A stretch of DNA of 64,000 bases, taken from assembly GCA_963710055.1 (NCBI GenBank), contig CAVPYW010000008.1, positions 72,794 through 136,793 of the forward strand. Reading direction: 5' to 3'. The stretch is from an uncultured Chitinophagaceae bacterium (lineage in GTDB: Bacteria > Bacteroidota > Bacteroidia > Chitinophagales > Chitinophagaceae). The notes under the pieces are model-generated. The model had not been told where the DNA came from. It made no database searches and saw nothing but the letters and a program-made list of their open reading frames with translations. Positions 50,064 through 59,495 of this stretch are shown piece after piece (the stretch's first letter is position 1; every line of letters begins with the position of its first letter). The position numbers and the translations under genes were made by a program.

Positions 50064-51071
50064 AAATACCAGCAACGATATTATTCATTTTGATCGTATT
50101 TCAATTGTCTGCGCAAGTAAAGATCGTTGTCGCTATCGACGGTAGTGGTGATTTTAAAACTATACAGGGCGCTATCAACAGCTTGCCTGATTCATCAGCA
50201 ACGGCCAGGACGATCTTTATTAAAAAAGGAACCTACGCTGAAAAATTATATATCGAAAAAGCCAATATCATTTTTGAAGGAGAAGACTCGGGAGAAAACA
50301 ATTATCGTTGCTTCCATTGCAAGAGATGAATGGCGTTGTGGTCATACCGATGATTGGGGTGTAGCTACAATGAATATAGGTGCCAATGATATTACATTGA
50401 AAGATCTTACTGTTTCTAACAATTTTGGTTTTGATCATTCGGAAAGAACGATCTGGTGTGCATCCGATACTTCTGCTAATAAAATGAAGAAGTTAAGAAA
50501 GGACGGTCATCAAATGGCATTGCGGACAATGAATATGGCAACAAGATTAAAAGCGATCAATTGCCGCTTCAAAGCTTTTGGTGGTGATACGGTGAGTCCA
50601 TGGGAGATATATAATGGTATGTGGTATTTCAAAGATTGCATCATGGAAGGAGGTGTTGATTTTTATTGTCCACGTGGTTGGGCATGGGCCGAGAATTGCG
50701 AATTCATTACGCATACCGGCCCCGCTGCTATCTGGCATGATGGTTCGGGTAGCCAGGATTCAAAAACTGTATTGGTGAATTGCAAGTTCACCGGTTATGA
50801 TGGTTTTATGCTGGGTCGTTATCATAGGGAAGCGCAATTCTTTTTGGTGAATTGCCAGTTTGCAAAAAATATGAAAGATGCGCCGATCTATCGTGTGGCG
50901 ACGAGCAATGTTATCAATTGGGGTGAAAGGATATATTATTATAACTGTCATCGTGATGGCGGCAATGATTTTAGCTGGTACGGCGATAATCTTCCCGCGG
51001 GAGTGATGGCGAATGATATAAATGTTAAATGGGTTTTTGGTGATCGGTGGAAACCGGAGATGGAACGCTGA
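50060..51071 (+). pseudogene. CE8 pectinesterase family protein, split by a +1 frameshift near 50288
   Basis: VAIDGSGDFKTIQGAIN; removing one base restores EGEDREKTII; GGDT, GGVDF, LGRYH; ATG overlaps the upstream stop. Confidence 0.85.
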
Positions 51072-51144
51072 TGACGCTGGTGACGCTGATTTGGCGGATT
51101 AATGCTGATAAGATTTATTTAAATCCGTTTCATCTGCGTTCCAT
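51060..51144. repeat. Full-length 85-bp copy of the ATGGAACGC...GCGTTCCAT element, supplying the CE8 stop codon
   Basis: ATGGAACGCTGATGACGCTGGTGACGCTGATT...ATCCGTTTCATCTGCGTTCCAT. Confidence 0.8.
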
Positions 51145-51168
51145 TGCTTGGTAAATAAAAAAAAATTT

Positions 51169-52707
51169 ATGCAATTATCTAAAGATACATTGGCGCAAAT
51201 TGCAGCACAGCCGGGATTGGAAGTGCCGGATGAAAAAATATTTGAACTGCCGGAAAAGGTTTTACAATTTGGAACAGGTGTTTTATTGCGGGCCCTGCCT
51301 GATCATTTTATTGATAAGGCCAATAAGCAGGGTATTTTTAATGGAAGAGTAGTGGTAGTGAAATCGACCGACAGCGATAGTTCAGCATTTGATAAACAGG
51401 ATGGATTGTATACGGTTTGTGTTCGCGGCGTAGAGAATGGAAAAACAGTAGAAGAAAATATTATCAATGCTTCTGTCAGCCGGGTGCTTAGCGCCAAAAC
51501 AGACTGGCAACGAATTTTGGAATGCGCACATAATCCAGAAATGAAGATCATTATTTCCAATACCACCGAAGTCGGTATTCAATTGGCTGATGATAATATC
51601 AATGATGAACCGCCGGTTTCTTTCCCGGGTAAACTGCTTGCTTTTTTATACGAACGATTCAAAGCATTTAACGGGAGCAAGGAAAGTGGCATGGTGATCG
51701 TTCCGACCGAATTGATAACCGATAACGGAACTAAATTGGAAAGCATTGTTTTGGAACTGGCGCACCGGAATGGTCTTGATTTCAAATTCATCGAATGGCT
51801 GGAGAATCATAATACATTTTGCAATTCACTCGTGGATCGTATCGTTCCCGGTAAACCTAATGTAGATGAAACAAAAAAATTAGAAACATCGCTTGGATAT
51901 ACTGACGGCTTGCTTACGATGAGTGAAGTGTTCCGTCTATGGGCGATCGAAGGTGATGAACATGTAAAAAATGTACTTTCATTTTGCAAAGCAGATGAAG
52001 GAATGGTAATAGCGCCGGATATTGACCTGTTCAAGGAATTGAAATTGCGTTTGCTGAATGGAACGCATACATTCAATTGTGGTGTAGCATTCTTGTCGGG
52101 ATTTAATATTACAAGAGATGCGGTAACAGACCCTGTATTTTCTGTTTTTGCAAAGAACCTGATGCATAATGAAATCGCAAAAGCCATTCCTTATACTATT
52201 GATGAAAAAATAAAAACGGATTTTGCCGATCGTGTATTCGAACGTTTTTGCAATCCTTTTATCGATCACCAATGGCAAAGCATTACCGTGCAATACACTT
52301 CCAAAATGAAAATGCGGAATGTGCCCTTGTTGTTAAGACATTATGAATTGAATGATATTCCGCCGGTGCATATGGCCACCGGTTTCGCAGGTTTTTTGCA
52401 GTATATGAAAGTGACAAGAGTAGCCGGCAACCTGCCTGGACAGGCAGGTAAATATTATGGTGAAAGAAATGGGGAAGAGTACGAGATAAAAGACGATTCC
52501 GCCGCTTATTTTCATGAAGTATGGAAAAATAATGACACAGCCGCCGAAGTAGCGCAGCGGGTAATGCAGAATGAAGAATTGTGGGAAACCGATCTTACCA
52601 AATTGCCCGGCTTCCTGCATACGGTGCAGGAACAATTAGAAGAATTTGCGATCAAAGGAGTTTTGTTGACCATTTCACAGGCAGCAATTAAAAAGGTAAC
52701 TGCATAA
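51169..52707 (+). CDS. uxaB: Tagaturonate reductase (altronate oxidoreductase)
   Basis: VLQFGTGVLLR, ISNTTEVGI, SFPGKL, PTELITDNG, NSLVDRIVPG, KLRLLNGTH, RFCNPFIDH; likely start ATG 51169. Confidence 0.93.
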   Translation: MQLSKDTLAQIAAQPGLEVPDEKIFELPEKVLQFGTGVLLRALPDHFIDKANKQGIFNGRVVVVKSTDSDSSAFDKQDGLYTVCVRGVENGKTVEENIINASVSRVLSAKTDWQRILECAHNPEMKIIISNTTEVGIQLADDNINDEPPVSFPGKLLAFLYERFKAFNGSKESGMVIVPTELITDNGTKLESIVLELAHRNGLDFKFIEWLENHNTFCNSLVDRIVPGKPNVDETKKLETSLGYTDGLLTMSEVFRLWAIEGDEHVKNVLSFCKADEGMVIAPDIDLFKELKLRLLNGTHTFNCGVAFLSGFNITRDAVTDPVFSVFAKNLMHNEIAKAIPYTIDEKIKTDFADRVFERFCNPFIDHQWQSITVQYTSKMKMRNVPLLLRHYELNDIPPVHMATGFAGFLQYMKVTRVAGNLPGQAGKYYGERNGEEYEIKDDSAAYFHEVWKNNDTAAEVAQRVMQNEELWETDLTKLPGFLHTVQEQLEEFAIKGVLLTISQAAIKKVTA

Positions 52708-54345
52708 ATGAAGCATAAGGTTTTAAAAGTTCATCCGAAGGACAATGTGATAGTAGCATTGACCAACCTGGAAAAGGGAGAAACAATTTCTTTTGAAGGG
52801 ATGGACTATGTAATGAAAGAAAATATTCCTGCCAAGCATAAATTTTTTATGCGGGATATGAGTGCCGGCGATGACATCATCATGTATGGTGTGCTGGTAG
52901 GAAAAGCGCAGCAGGCTATTGAGAATGGAAGCCGGATGTCAACCGAAAATACAAAACATGCGGCGCAACCTTACGACTGGCGCAATGCAAAATTTGAATG
53001 GCATGCGCCGGATGTTTCCAAATTCAAAGGAAGAACATTCAATGGTTATCATAGAAGCGATGGAAGAGTGGGAACGGCTAATTACTGGTTATTCATTCCA
53101 ACCGTTTTTTGTGAGAACAGGAACCTGGATGTGATCCGCGAAGCAATGCATAATGAATTGGGCTATGCAGTAACGGATAAATACAAGCAGTACACACATC
53201 AGTTGGTAAACGCTTATCAAAAAGGAGAACAACTCGATAGTATCGATCTTTCGCCATCCTCCAATGGGCAGGATCGTATGTTTAAAAATGTGGATGGGAT
53301 AAAATTTTTAAATCACCAGGGTGGTTGCGGCGGTATAAGACAGGATGCTGCAATATTGAGTAAGTTATTGGCAGCTTATGCCGATCATCCGAATGTGGGT
53401 GGCGTTACGGTGTTGAGTTTGGGTTGCCAGAATTTGCAAGTGCAGGATCTTAAGAATGATCTGGAAGCACACAATCCCCGTTTTGATAAGCCGCTTTTTA
53501 TTTTCGAACAGCAGCAATCGCAAAGCGAAGAGCAATTAATTGCCGATGCGATCAAAAAAACATTTGAAGGACTTATTGAAATAAATAAACTGGAAAGACA
53601 ACCGGCAACGCTTGATAAATTATGTATCGGTGTAAAATGCGGCGGCAGCGATGGTTTCAGTGGTATCTCTGCCAATCCATCTGTTGGTTATTGTTCTGAC
53701 CTGGTGGTTGCATTGGGCGGAAAAGTATTACTGGCAGAATTTCCTGAATTGTGTGGCGTTGAACAGGAATTGGTTGACCGTTCGGTGAATGAAGCGACGG
53801 CAAAAAAATTCATGCAGCTGATGAAGAGTTATGATGAGATCGTTACGAGGGCCGGTTCAAGTTTTTCGATGAATCCTTCACCGGGAAATATCAAAGATGG
53901 TTTGATAACGGATGCAATGAAAAGTGCAGGCGCTGCGAAGAAAGGCGGCACTTCACCCGTTGTTGATGTATTGGATTATACTGAGCCCGCTGTGAAACCC
54001 GGATTGAATTTGGTTTGTACGCCGGGCAATGATGTAGAAGCGACAACGGGTAAAGCGGCGAGCGGCGCTACATTGATATTATTTACTACCGGTTTGGGAA
54101 CGCCGACCGGTAATCCTGTTTGCCCGACGATAAAAGTTTCGACAAACAGTAATTTGACAAAACGGATGAATGATATAATAGATATTGATTGCGGCCCGGT
54201 GATCGAAGGAGAAAAGACCATTCAGCAAATGGGAGAAGAAATTTTAGAGTATTGTATCAAAGCGGCGAGCGGCGAAGTGACACCGAAAGCGGTGATGTTG
54301 AACCAGGATGATTTTATTCCGTGGAAGAGAGGCGTGAGTTTGTGA
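52708..54345 (+). CDS. uxaA: Altronate dehydratase
   Basis: SAF domain, GTANYWL, HQGGCG, KCGGSDGFSGISANP, PSPGNIKDGL, KGG, FTTGLGTP. Confidence 0.95.
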   Translation: MKHKVLKVHPKDNVIVALTNLEKGETISFEGMDYVMKENIPAKHKFFMRDMSAGDDIIMYGVLVGKAQQAIENGSRMSTENTKHAAQPYDWRNAKFEWHAPDVSKFKGRTFNGYHRSDGRVGTANYWLFIPTVFCENRNLDVIREAMHNELGYAVTDKYKQYTHQLVNAYQKGEQLDSIDLSPSSNGQDRMFKNVDGIKFLNHQGGCGGIRQDAAILSKLLAAYADHPNVGGVTVLSLGCQNLQVQDLKNDLEAHNPRFDKPLFIFEQQQSQSEEQLIADAIKKTFEGLIEINKLERQPATLDKLCIGVKCGGSDGFSGISANPSVGYCSDLVVALGGKVLLAEFPELCGVEQELVDRSVNEATAKKFMQLMKSYDEIVTRAGSSFSMNPSPGNIKDGLITDAMKSAGAAKKGGTSPVVDVLDYTEPAVKPGLNLVCTPGNDVEATTGKAASGATLILFTTGLGTPTGNPVCPTIKVSTNSNLTKRMNDIIDIDCGPVIEGEKTIQQMGEEILEYCIKAASGEVTPKAVMLNQDDFIPWKRGVSL

Positions 54346-54420
54346 CCCCTGTCCCCTGAAGGGGAACTTAGATCGTAAAGTCTTTCAGGGAATTAAAAGA
54401 ATTATAGCAATAAATGCATT

Positions 54421-54501
54421 ACCCCGTAGGGGTAAAATGCCGGTAGCCCCGGATGAAATCCGGGGAATATAAGAGAAATGTTTTTGGCACCCCGAAGGGG
54501 T
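54421..54501. repeat. REP-like composite: two ACCCCG(T/A)AGGGGT hairpins flanking CCCCGGAT-GAA-ATCCGGGG
   Basis: Hairpins at 54421-54433, 54447-54465 and 54489-54501, read directly. Confidence 0.7.
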
Positions 54502-54603
54502 TCAATAAATGTTGAATAAAGGACAGAACGATGAAGAGTGCGACGCAACAGGCGATGCCATGAAAAACTGTAGCCGGGCTAATAAAAAAATTAAACGAGT
54601 TGT

Positions 54604-56043
54604 ATGAAACAATTTTTGGATGAGAATTTTTTGCTGAGCAATGATTCAGCGCAACGGTTGTATCATGAGTATGCTAAAGACATGCCCATTATTGATTATC
54701 ATAACCACCTGCCGCCAAATGAAGTGGCGGAAAACAAAAATTTTGAGAACATAACGGGAGTTTGGTTGAATGGCGATCATTATAAGTGGAGGGCTATGCG
54801 TACCAATGGGGTGGATGAATCTTATATCACCGGTGATAAAAGCGATTGGGAAAAATTCAATGCATGGGCGGCTACCGTTCCGTACACATTGAGAAATCCT
54901 TTGTATCACTGGACGCACCTGGAACTGCAGCGTTATTTTGATGTGCATGATATATTGAATGCAGATACCGCGAAGAAAATGTATGATGAAACGTCTGCTA
55001 AACTGCAAACAAAAGAATACAGTGTAAGAGGTTTGCTGGAAAAGATGAATGTGAAGCTCATTTGTACAACGGATGATCCTGTTGACAATTTGCAATATCA
55101 CCAGCAGATCAGGAACGACGGCTGGAAAGTGAAAGTGTTGCCTGCTTTTCGTCCCGATAAAGCAATGAATGTGGATGATGTGAATACATTCAATAATTAC
55201 CTGACCAATCTCGAGAAAGCTTCGAATAATTCTATCAGTACATATAATGATTATCTCGCTGCATTAAAAAAGCGTCATGAATATTTTGTTTCGAATAACT
55301 GCAGTGTAAGTGATCATGGACTGGAAGAAATTTATGCGGAGAATTATACGACAACGGAGATCGCAGGCATTTTTGCAAAGATCCGTTCCGGTGGCGCCTT
55401 GTCATTGGAAGAGAATCGCAAATTCAAATCAGCTATGCTGGTAACATTTGCCGAATGGGATTGGGAAAAAGGATTTGTTCAGCAATATCATTTGGGCGCA
55501 TTACGCAATAATAACAGCCGCATGCTGAAACAATTGGGTCCCGATACCGGCTGGGACAGTATCGGTGATTTTTCACAGGCAAAAGCATTGGCTAAATTCC
55601 TTGATCGCCTTGACAGCAATAATACGTTAGCGAAAACGGTTATTTATAATCTCAATCCTGCCGACAATGAATTGTTTGCAACGATGATCGGTAATTTCAA
55701 TGATGGTACGGCTGCCGGAAAAATTCAATGGGGTTCATCATGGTGGTTCCTCGATCAAAAAGATGGAATGACCAAACAGATCAATGCGCTTAGCAATATG
55801 GGTTTGCTGAGCCGTTTTATCGGAATGTTAACGGACAGTCGTTCTTTCCTTTCTTTCCCGAGGCATGAATATTTCAGGCGTTTGTTATGTAACTTGTTTG
55901 GTGAGGAAATTGAAAACGGCGAATTGCCCAATGATATAGAATGGGTAGGAAAAGTGATACAGGATATTTGTTTTAATAATGCAAAGAATTATTTTAACTG
56001 GCAGCAGATCGATGAAACGGTTCATCAGAAAGCAAAGGCGTAG
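54604..56043 (+). CDS. uxaC: Glucuronate/uronate isomerase
   Basis: PIIDYHNHL, DHYKWRAMR, NPLYHWTHLEL, WWFLDQKDG, GMLTDSRSFLSFPRHEYFRR. Confidence 0.97.
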   Translation: MKQFLDENFLLSNDSAQRLYHEYAKDMPIIDYHNHLPPNEVAENKNFENITGVWLNGDHYKWRAMRTNGVDESYITGDKSDWEKFNAWAATVPYTLRNPLYHWTHLELQRYFDVHDILNADTAKKMYDETSAKLQTKEYSVRGLLEKMNVKLICTTDDPVDNLQYHQQIRNDGWKVKVLPAFRPDKAMNVDDVNTFNNYLTNLEKASNNSISTYNDYLAALKKRHEYFVSNNCSVSDHGLEEIYAENYTTTEIAGIFAKIRSGGALSLEENRKFKSAMLVTFAEWDWEKGFVQQYHLGALRNNNSRMLKQLGPDTGWDSIGDFSQAKALAKFLDRLDSNNTLAKTVIYNLNPADNELFATMIGNFNDGTAAGKIQWGSSWWFLDQKDGMTKQINALSNMGLLSRFIGMLTDSRSFLSFPRHEYFRRLLCNLFGEEIENGELPNDIEWVGKVIQDICFNNAKNYFNWQQIDETVHQKAKA

Positions 56044-56094
56044 ATGGAACACGGATGACGTGGATTTAGATTATTACGGATGTAATTCATAAAT

Positions 56095-56925
56095 ATGGAA
56101 ATCAGGTTTACAAATAGCCCGGAAGAAACAAAGCAAATGGATACGGAACAACTCCGTAAAAATTTCCTGGTGCAGCATTTAATGCAGGATGATACTGTTC
56201 AATTAGTGTATTCGCATTACGACAGGATGATCATCGGTGGAATAAAGCCTGTTAATAAAACGATCGTTCTTCCCAATCATCCGGAGTTACGGGCAGACTA
56301 TTTTTTAGAAAGAAGAGAAGCGGGAATAATAAATGTCGGTGCAGCCGGAATCGTTATTGCCGATGGAAAAGAATTTGCGATCGATAAACTGGGCTGCGTA
56401 TATCTCGGTAAAGGAACGAAGGAAGTAAAATTCAGAAGCAGAAGTAAAAAAGATCCTGCTATCTTTTATTTATTATCGGTACCTGCACATCATAAATATC
56501 CCAACAGGTCAATGTCAAAAGAAAAAGCATCGCCGTTGAATTTGGGTGATGTTTCTACTTCCAATAAAAGAACTATTTATAAATACATACATCTTGACGG
56601 CATCAAAAGTTGCCAGTTGGTAATGGGATTAACAGTATTAGAAAACGGCAGCGTTTGGAATTCCGTTCCGCCGCATACACATACAAGAAGGATGGAAGTG
56701 TATTTTTATTTTGATGTGCCGGGATCACAAAGAATATTTCATTTTATGGGCGAGCCGCAGCAGACAAGACATTTGATAATCGGGAATCATGAAGCGGTGA
56801 TATCTGCGCCATGGAGTATGCACTTCGGATGCGGCAGTTCCAATTATGGATTTATATGGGGAATGGCAGGAGAGAACCAGGTATTTACCGATATGGATCC
56901 GGCACCGATAGCTACGCTATTGTGA
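56095..56925 (+). CDS. kduI: 5-dehydro-4-deoxy-D-glucuronate isomerase
   Basis: YSHYDRMIIGG, FLERREAGIINVG, SCQLVMGLT, WNSVPPHTHTRRMEVYFYF, FIWGMAGEN. Confidence 0.96.
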   Translation: MEIRFTNSPEETKQMDTEQLRKNFLVQHLMQDDTVQLVYSHYDRMIIGGIKPVNKTIVLPNHPELRADYFLERREAGIINVGAAGIVIADGKEFAIDKLGCVYLGKGTKEVKFRSRSKKDPAIFYLLSVPAHHKYPNRSMSKEKASPLNLGDVSTSNKRTIYKYIHLDGIKSCQLVMGLTVLENGSVWNSVPPHTHTRRMEVYFYFDVPGSQRIFHFMGEPQQTRHLIIGNHEAVISAPWSMHFGCGSSNYGFIWGMAGENQVFTDMDPAPIATLL

Positions 56926-57054
56926 GAATGGAACGCTGATGACACGGAGGAGACGGATGAAAACGGATTTTTTTTAAAACAAGCAATTTTAATTACAATA
57001 AAGTAAACGACTCAAAGTCCCCTTTAGGGGATTTAGGGGCAAATCAAAACAACA

Positions 57055-58080
57055 ATGTCAAAGAAGATAGTAACAATGGGAGAGATCATGCTGCGATTAT
57101 CCACTCCCGATTTCAAACGATTTGTACAGGCAGATACATTCGATGTAACCTACGGCGGCGGCGAAGCCAATGTAGCAGCAGCCTTATGTAATTATGGATT
57201 GAACGGAACTTTTGTAACAAAAGTGCCGAACAATCCTATTGGCCAGTCGGCGATCAATCATCTTCGCCGCTATGGTGTGGACACACAATATATAGTAAGA
57301 GGTGGCGATCGTTTAGGGATTTATTTCCTGGAAACAGGCGCTTCCATGAGAGCTTCACAGGTTGTTTATGATCGTGCCGGTGCTTCCATCGCCGATGTAG
57401 ATATCAAAGAATTTGATCTTGATAAAATACTGGATGGCGCAAGCTGGTTCCATACAACCGGTATCACACCCGCATTGAGCGATAAAGCGGCTGCATTGAC
57501 AGAAGCTGCTTTGAAAGCGGCAAAAGCAAAAGGCATCACCACCAGTATCGATCTTAACTACCGGAAAAAATTATGGAGTAAAGAAAAAGCAAGAGAAGTG
57601 ATGACAAAGCTTTGCCAGTATGTCGATGTTTGTATCGGCAATGAAGAAGATGCGGATACAACACTCGGCTTTAAAGCAAAGGACACCGACGTTACCAAAG
57701 GCGAATTGAATCTTGATGGTTTTAAAGATGTATTCAAACAAATGAAAGAAAAGTTCGGATTCAAATTCATCGCTTCTTCATTGAGGGAAAGTCATAGCGC
57801 CAGCGACAATGGCTGGAGTGCATTGGTATATGATGGCAATGATTTTTATCATACCAAACAATATAATGTACGCATAGTAGACAGGGTGGGAAGCGGCGAT
57901 TCTTTTGCCAGCGGTTTGATCTATGGATTGGTTACAGGCATGCCGATGAATGAAGCTGCAGAATTTGGCGTGGCTGCATCAGCATTGAAGCATACTATTC
58001 CCGGTGATCTTAATCATGCAACACTGGCTGAGGTAAAAGAGCTGGTGAAAGGCGATGGAAGCGGAAGGGTGCAGCGATAG
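57055..58080 (+). CDS. kdgK: 2-dehydro-3-deoxygluconokinase (PfkB)
   Basis: GEIMLRL, GGGEANVA, YDRAGAS, DLNYRKKLW, DRVGSGDSF, KHTIPGD. Confidence 0.93.
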   Translation: MSKKIVTMGEIMLRLSTPDFKRFVQADTFDVTYGGGEANVAAALCNYGLNGTFVTKVPNNPIGQSAINHLRRYGVDTQYIVRGGDRLGIYFLETGASMRASQVVYDRAGASIADVDIKEFDLDKILDGASWFHTTGITPALSDKAAALTEAALKAAKAKGITTSIDLNYRKKLWSKEKAREVMTKLCQYVDVCIGNEEDADTTLGFKAKDTDVTKGELNLDGFKDVFKQMKEKFGFKFIASSLRESHSASDNGWSALVYDGNDFYHTKQYNVRIVDRVGSGDSFASGLIYGLVTGMPMNEAAEFGVAASALKHTIPGDLNHATLAEVKELVKGDGSGRVQR

Positions 58081-58329
58081 AAAGCCCTCTGTCTCCCAAA
58101 GGGAAGACTTAGGTCAAATTGTCTTTTTATATTCAATAAGTTCTTTATAGAAATATTTTTTTTTATGTTGCCGGCGATATTGCTACTATCATCGCCTGTT
58201 GCGTCGCACACTTGTACTGTAGGAATTCTACTGAGCAATTAAGCGTTTTCCATCCCCTCCTGGGAGGGGCGACAGACTGTATGAATAAGGAAATTTTCAA
58301 AGGGGTGGGTTAAAAACTTCAAACTGGTT

Positions 58330-58779
58330 ATGATAATAGATACGATACAAAACGCTTCGAAATATTTTTCGGTTCACCCGTTGTTTAAAAAAGCGTTTGA
58401 ATATATCCAGCAAACCGACCTTGCAAATGCTGCAGATGGAAAAGGTGATATCGCTGAAGGATTAAAATTCATTTTCAGCAATGCACCGGGAAAAACAAGA
58501 GAAACAAGTTTGGCAAAATTTGAATGTCATGATAAGAATATCGACATACAGCTTTGCATTAACGGTATCGAAACTTTTGGATGGAAGCCAAGGGAAAAAT
58601 GTGTAACACCGAACGGCGATTACAATGCAGAAAAAGATGTTCGTTTTTTCAGCGATGCGCCGGATACATTTTTTGAATTAACCAATGGGCAGTTCGCTAT
58701 TTTCTTCCCCGAAGATGTACATGCACCGATGATCGGGGAAGGGGAGATCAAGAAACTTGTTATAAAGGTTAAATTATAA
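58330..58779 (+). CDS. YhcH/YjgK/YiaL family protein
   Basis: MIIDTI, FECHDKNIDIQL, FFPEDVHAP, IKKLVIKV. Confidence 0.9.
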   Translation: MIIDTIQNASKYFSVHPLFKKAFEYIQQTDLANAADGKGDIAEGLKFIFSNAPGKTRETSLAKFECHDKNIDIQLCINGIETFGWKPREKCVTPNGDYNAEKDVRFFSDAPDTFFELTNGQFAIFFPEDVHAPMIGEGEIKKLVIKVKL

Positions 58780-58830
58780 ATGCTAAATAAGCGAGCACGA
58801 ATTTAAAATCTAACACTTAAAATTTAAAAC

Positions 58831-59493
58831 TTGAGCAAGACACAACAAATAACCGACGCCATCATTCAGCAGGGTATTCTTCCTTTATATTTCAATGCTG
58901 ATGAAACAATAAGCGTAGAAGTGATGAGAGCTATTTATCGTGCCGGTATCCGTGCTGTCGAATATACCAACCGCGGTGACGAAGCGCTGAATAATTTCAT
59001 AAAAATGACAACGGTAAGAAATGCTGAAATGCCGGAATTGTTATTGGGAGTAGGAACGATAAAGAATTTAAAAGATGCAAAGAATTATATGGCAGCGGGG
59101 GCCGATTTCCTGGTGAGTCCTGGTTTTGTAAAAGAAGTCGCCGATCATGCAGTGAGTAAAGATATTTTTTATGCGCCCGGTTGTATGACGCCAGGCGAGA
59201 TCATTGCCGCTGAAAATGCCGGCATTAAATTCATCAAGTTATTCCCGGGAAATATGATGGGAACAGAATTTTTAACTACTATAAAAGATATCTTTCCAAA
59301 GCTGTTGTTCATGCCGACGGGCGGCGTAGATACAACAAAAGAGAATATTGAAAGCTGGTATAAGGCCGGTGTTTGTGCAGTAGGAATGGGAAGCAAACTG
59401 ATCAGTAAAAAATTGATGGAAGCAAAAGATTATGCAACGATCGAATCAGAAACAAAAAAAGTATTGGAAGTTATAGCCATTGTTAAAAAATAA
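58831..59493 (+). CDS. eda: KDPG/KHG aldolase
   Basis: VEYTNRG, GVGTI, FLVSPG, PGCMTPGEI, KLFPG, MPTGGV; TTG start. Confidence 0.92.
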   Translation: MSKTQQITDAIIQQGILPLYFNADETISVEVMRAIYRAGIRAVEYTNRGDEALNNFIKMTTVRNAEMPELLLGVGTIKNLKDAKNYMAAGADFLVSPGFVKEVADHAVSKDIFYAPGCMTPGEIIAAENAGIKFIKLFPGNMMGTEFLTTIKDIFPKLLFMPTGGVDTTKENIESWYKAGVCAVGMGSKLISKKLMEAKDYATIESETKKVLEVIAIVKK

Positions 59494-59495
59494 TC

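Noticed and set aside
46504-51071. Treating the split GH28, GH105 and CE8 ORFs as six separate genes or as programmed frameshifts
   Set aside because: Single-base repairs restore continuous family motifs, and no slippery heptamer is present at the breaks
42524-56970. Dispersed 9-bp-period repeats as a degenerate CRISPR
   Set aside because: Copies are separated by whole genes and lack regular repeat-spacer spacing
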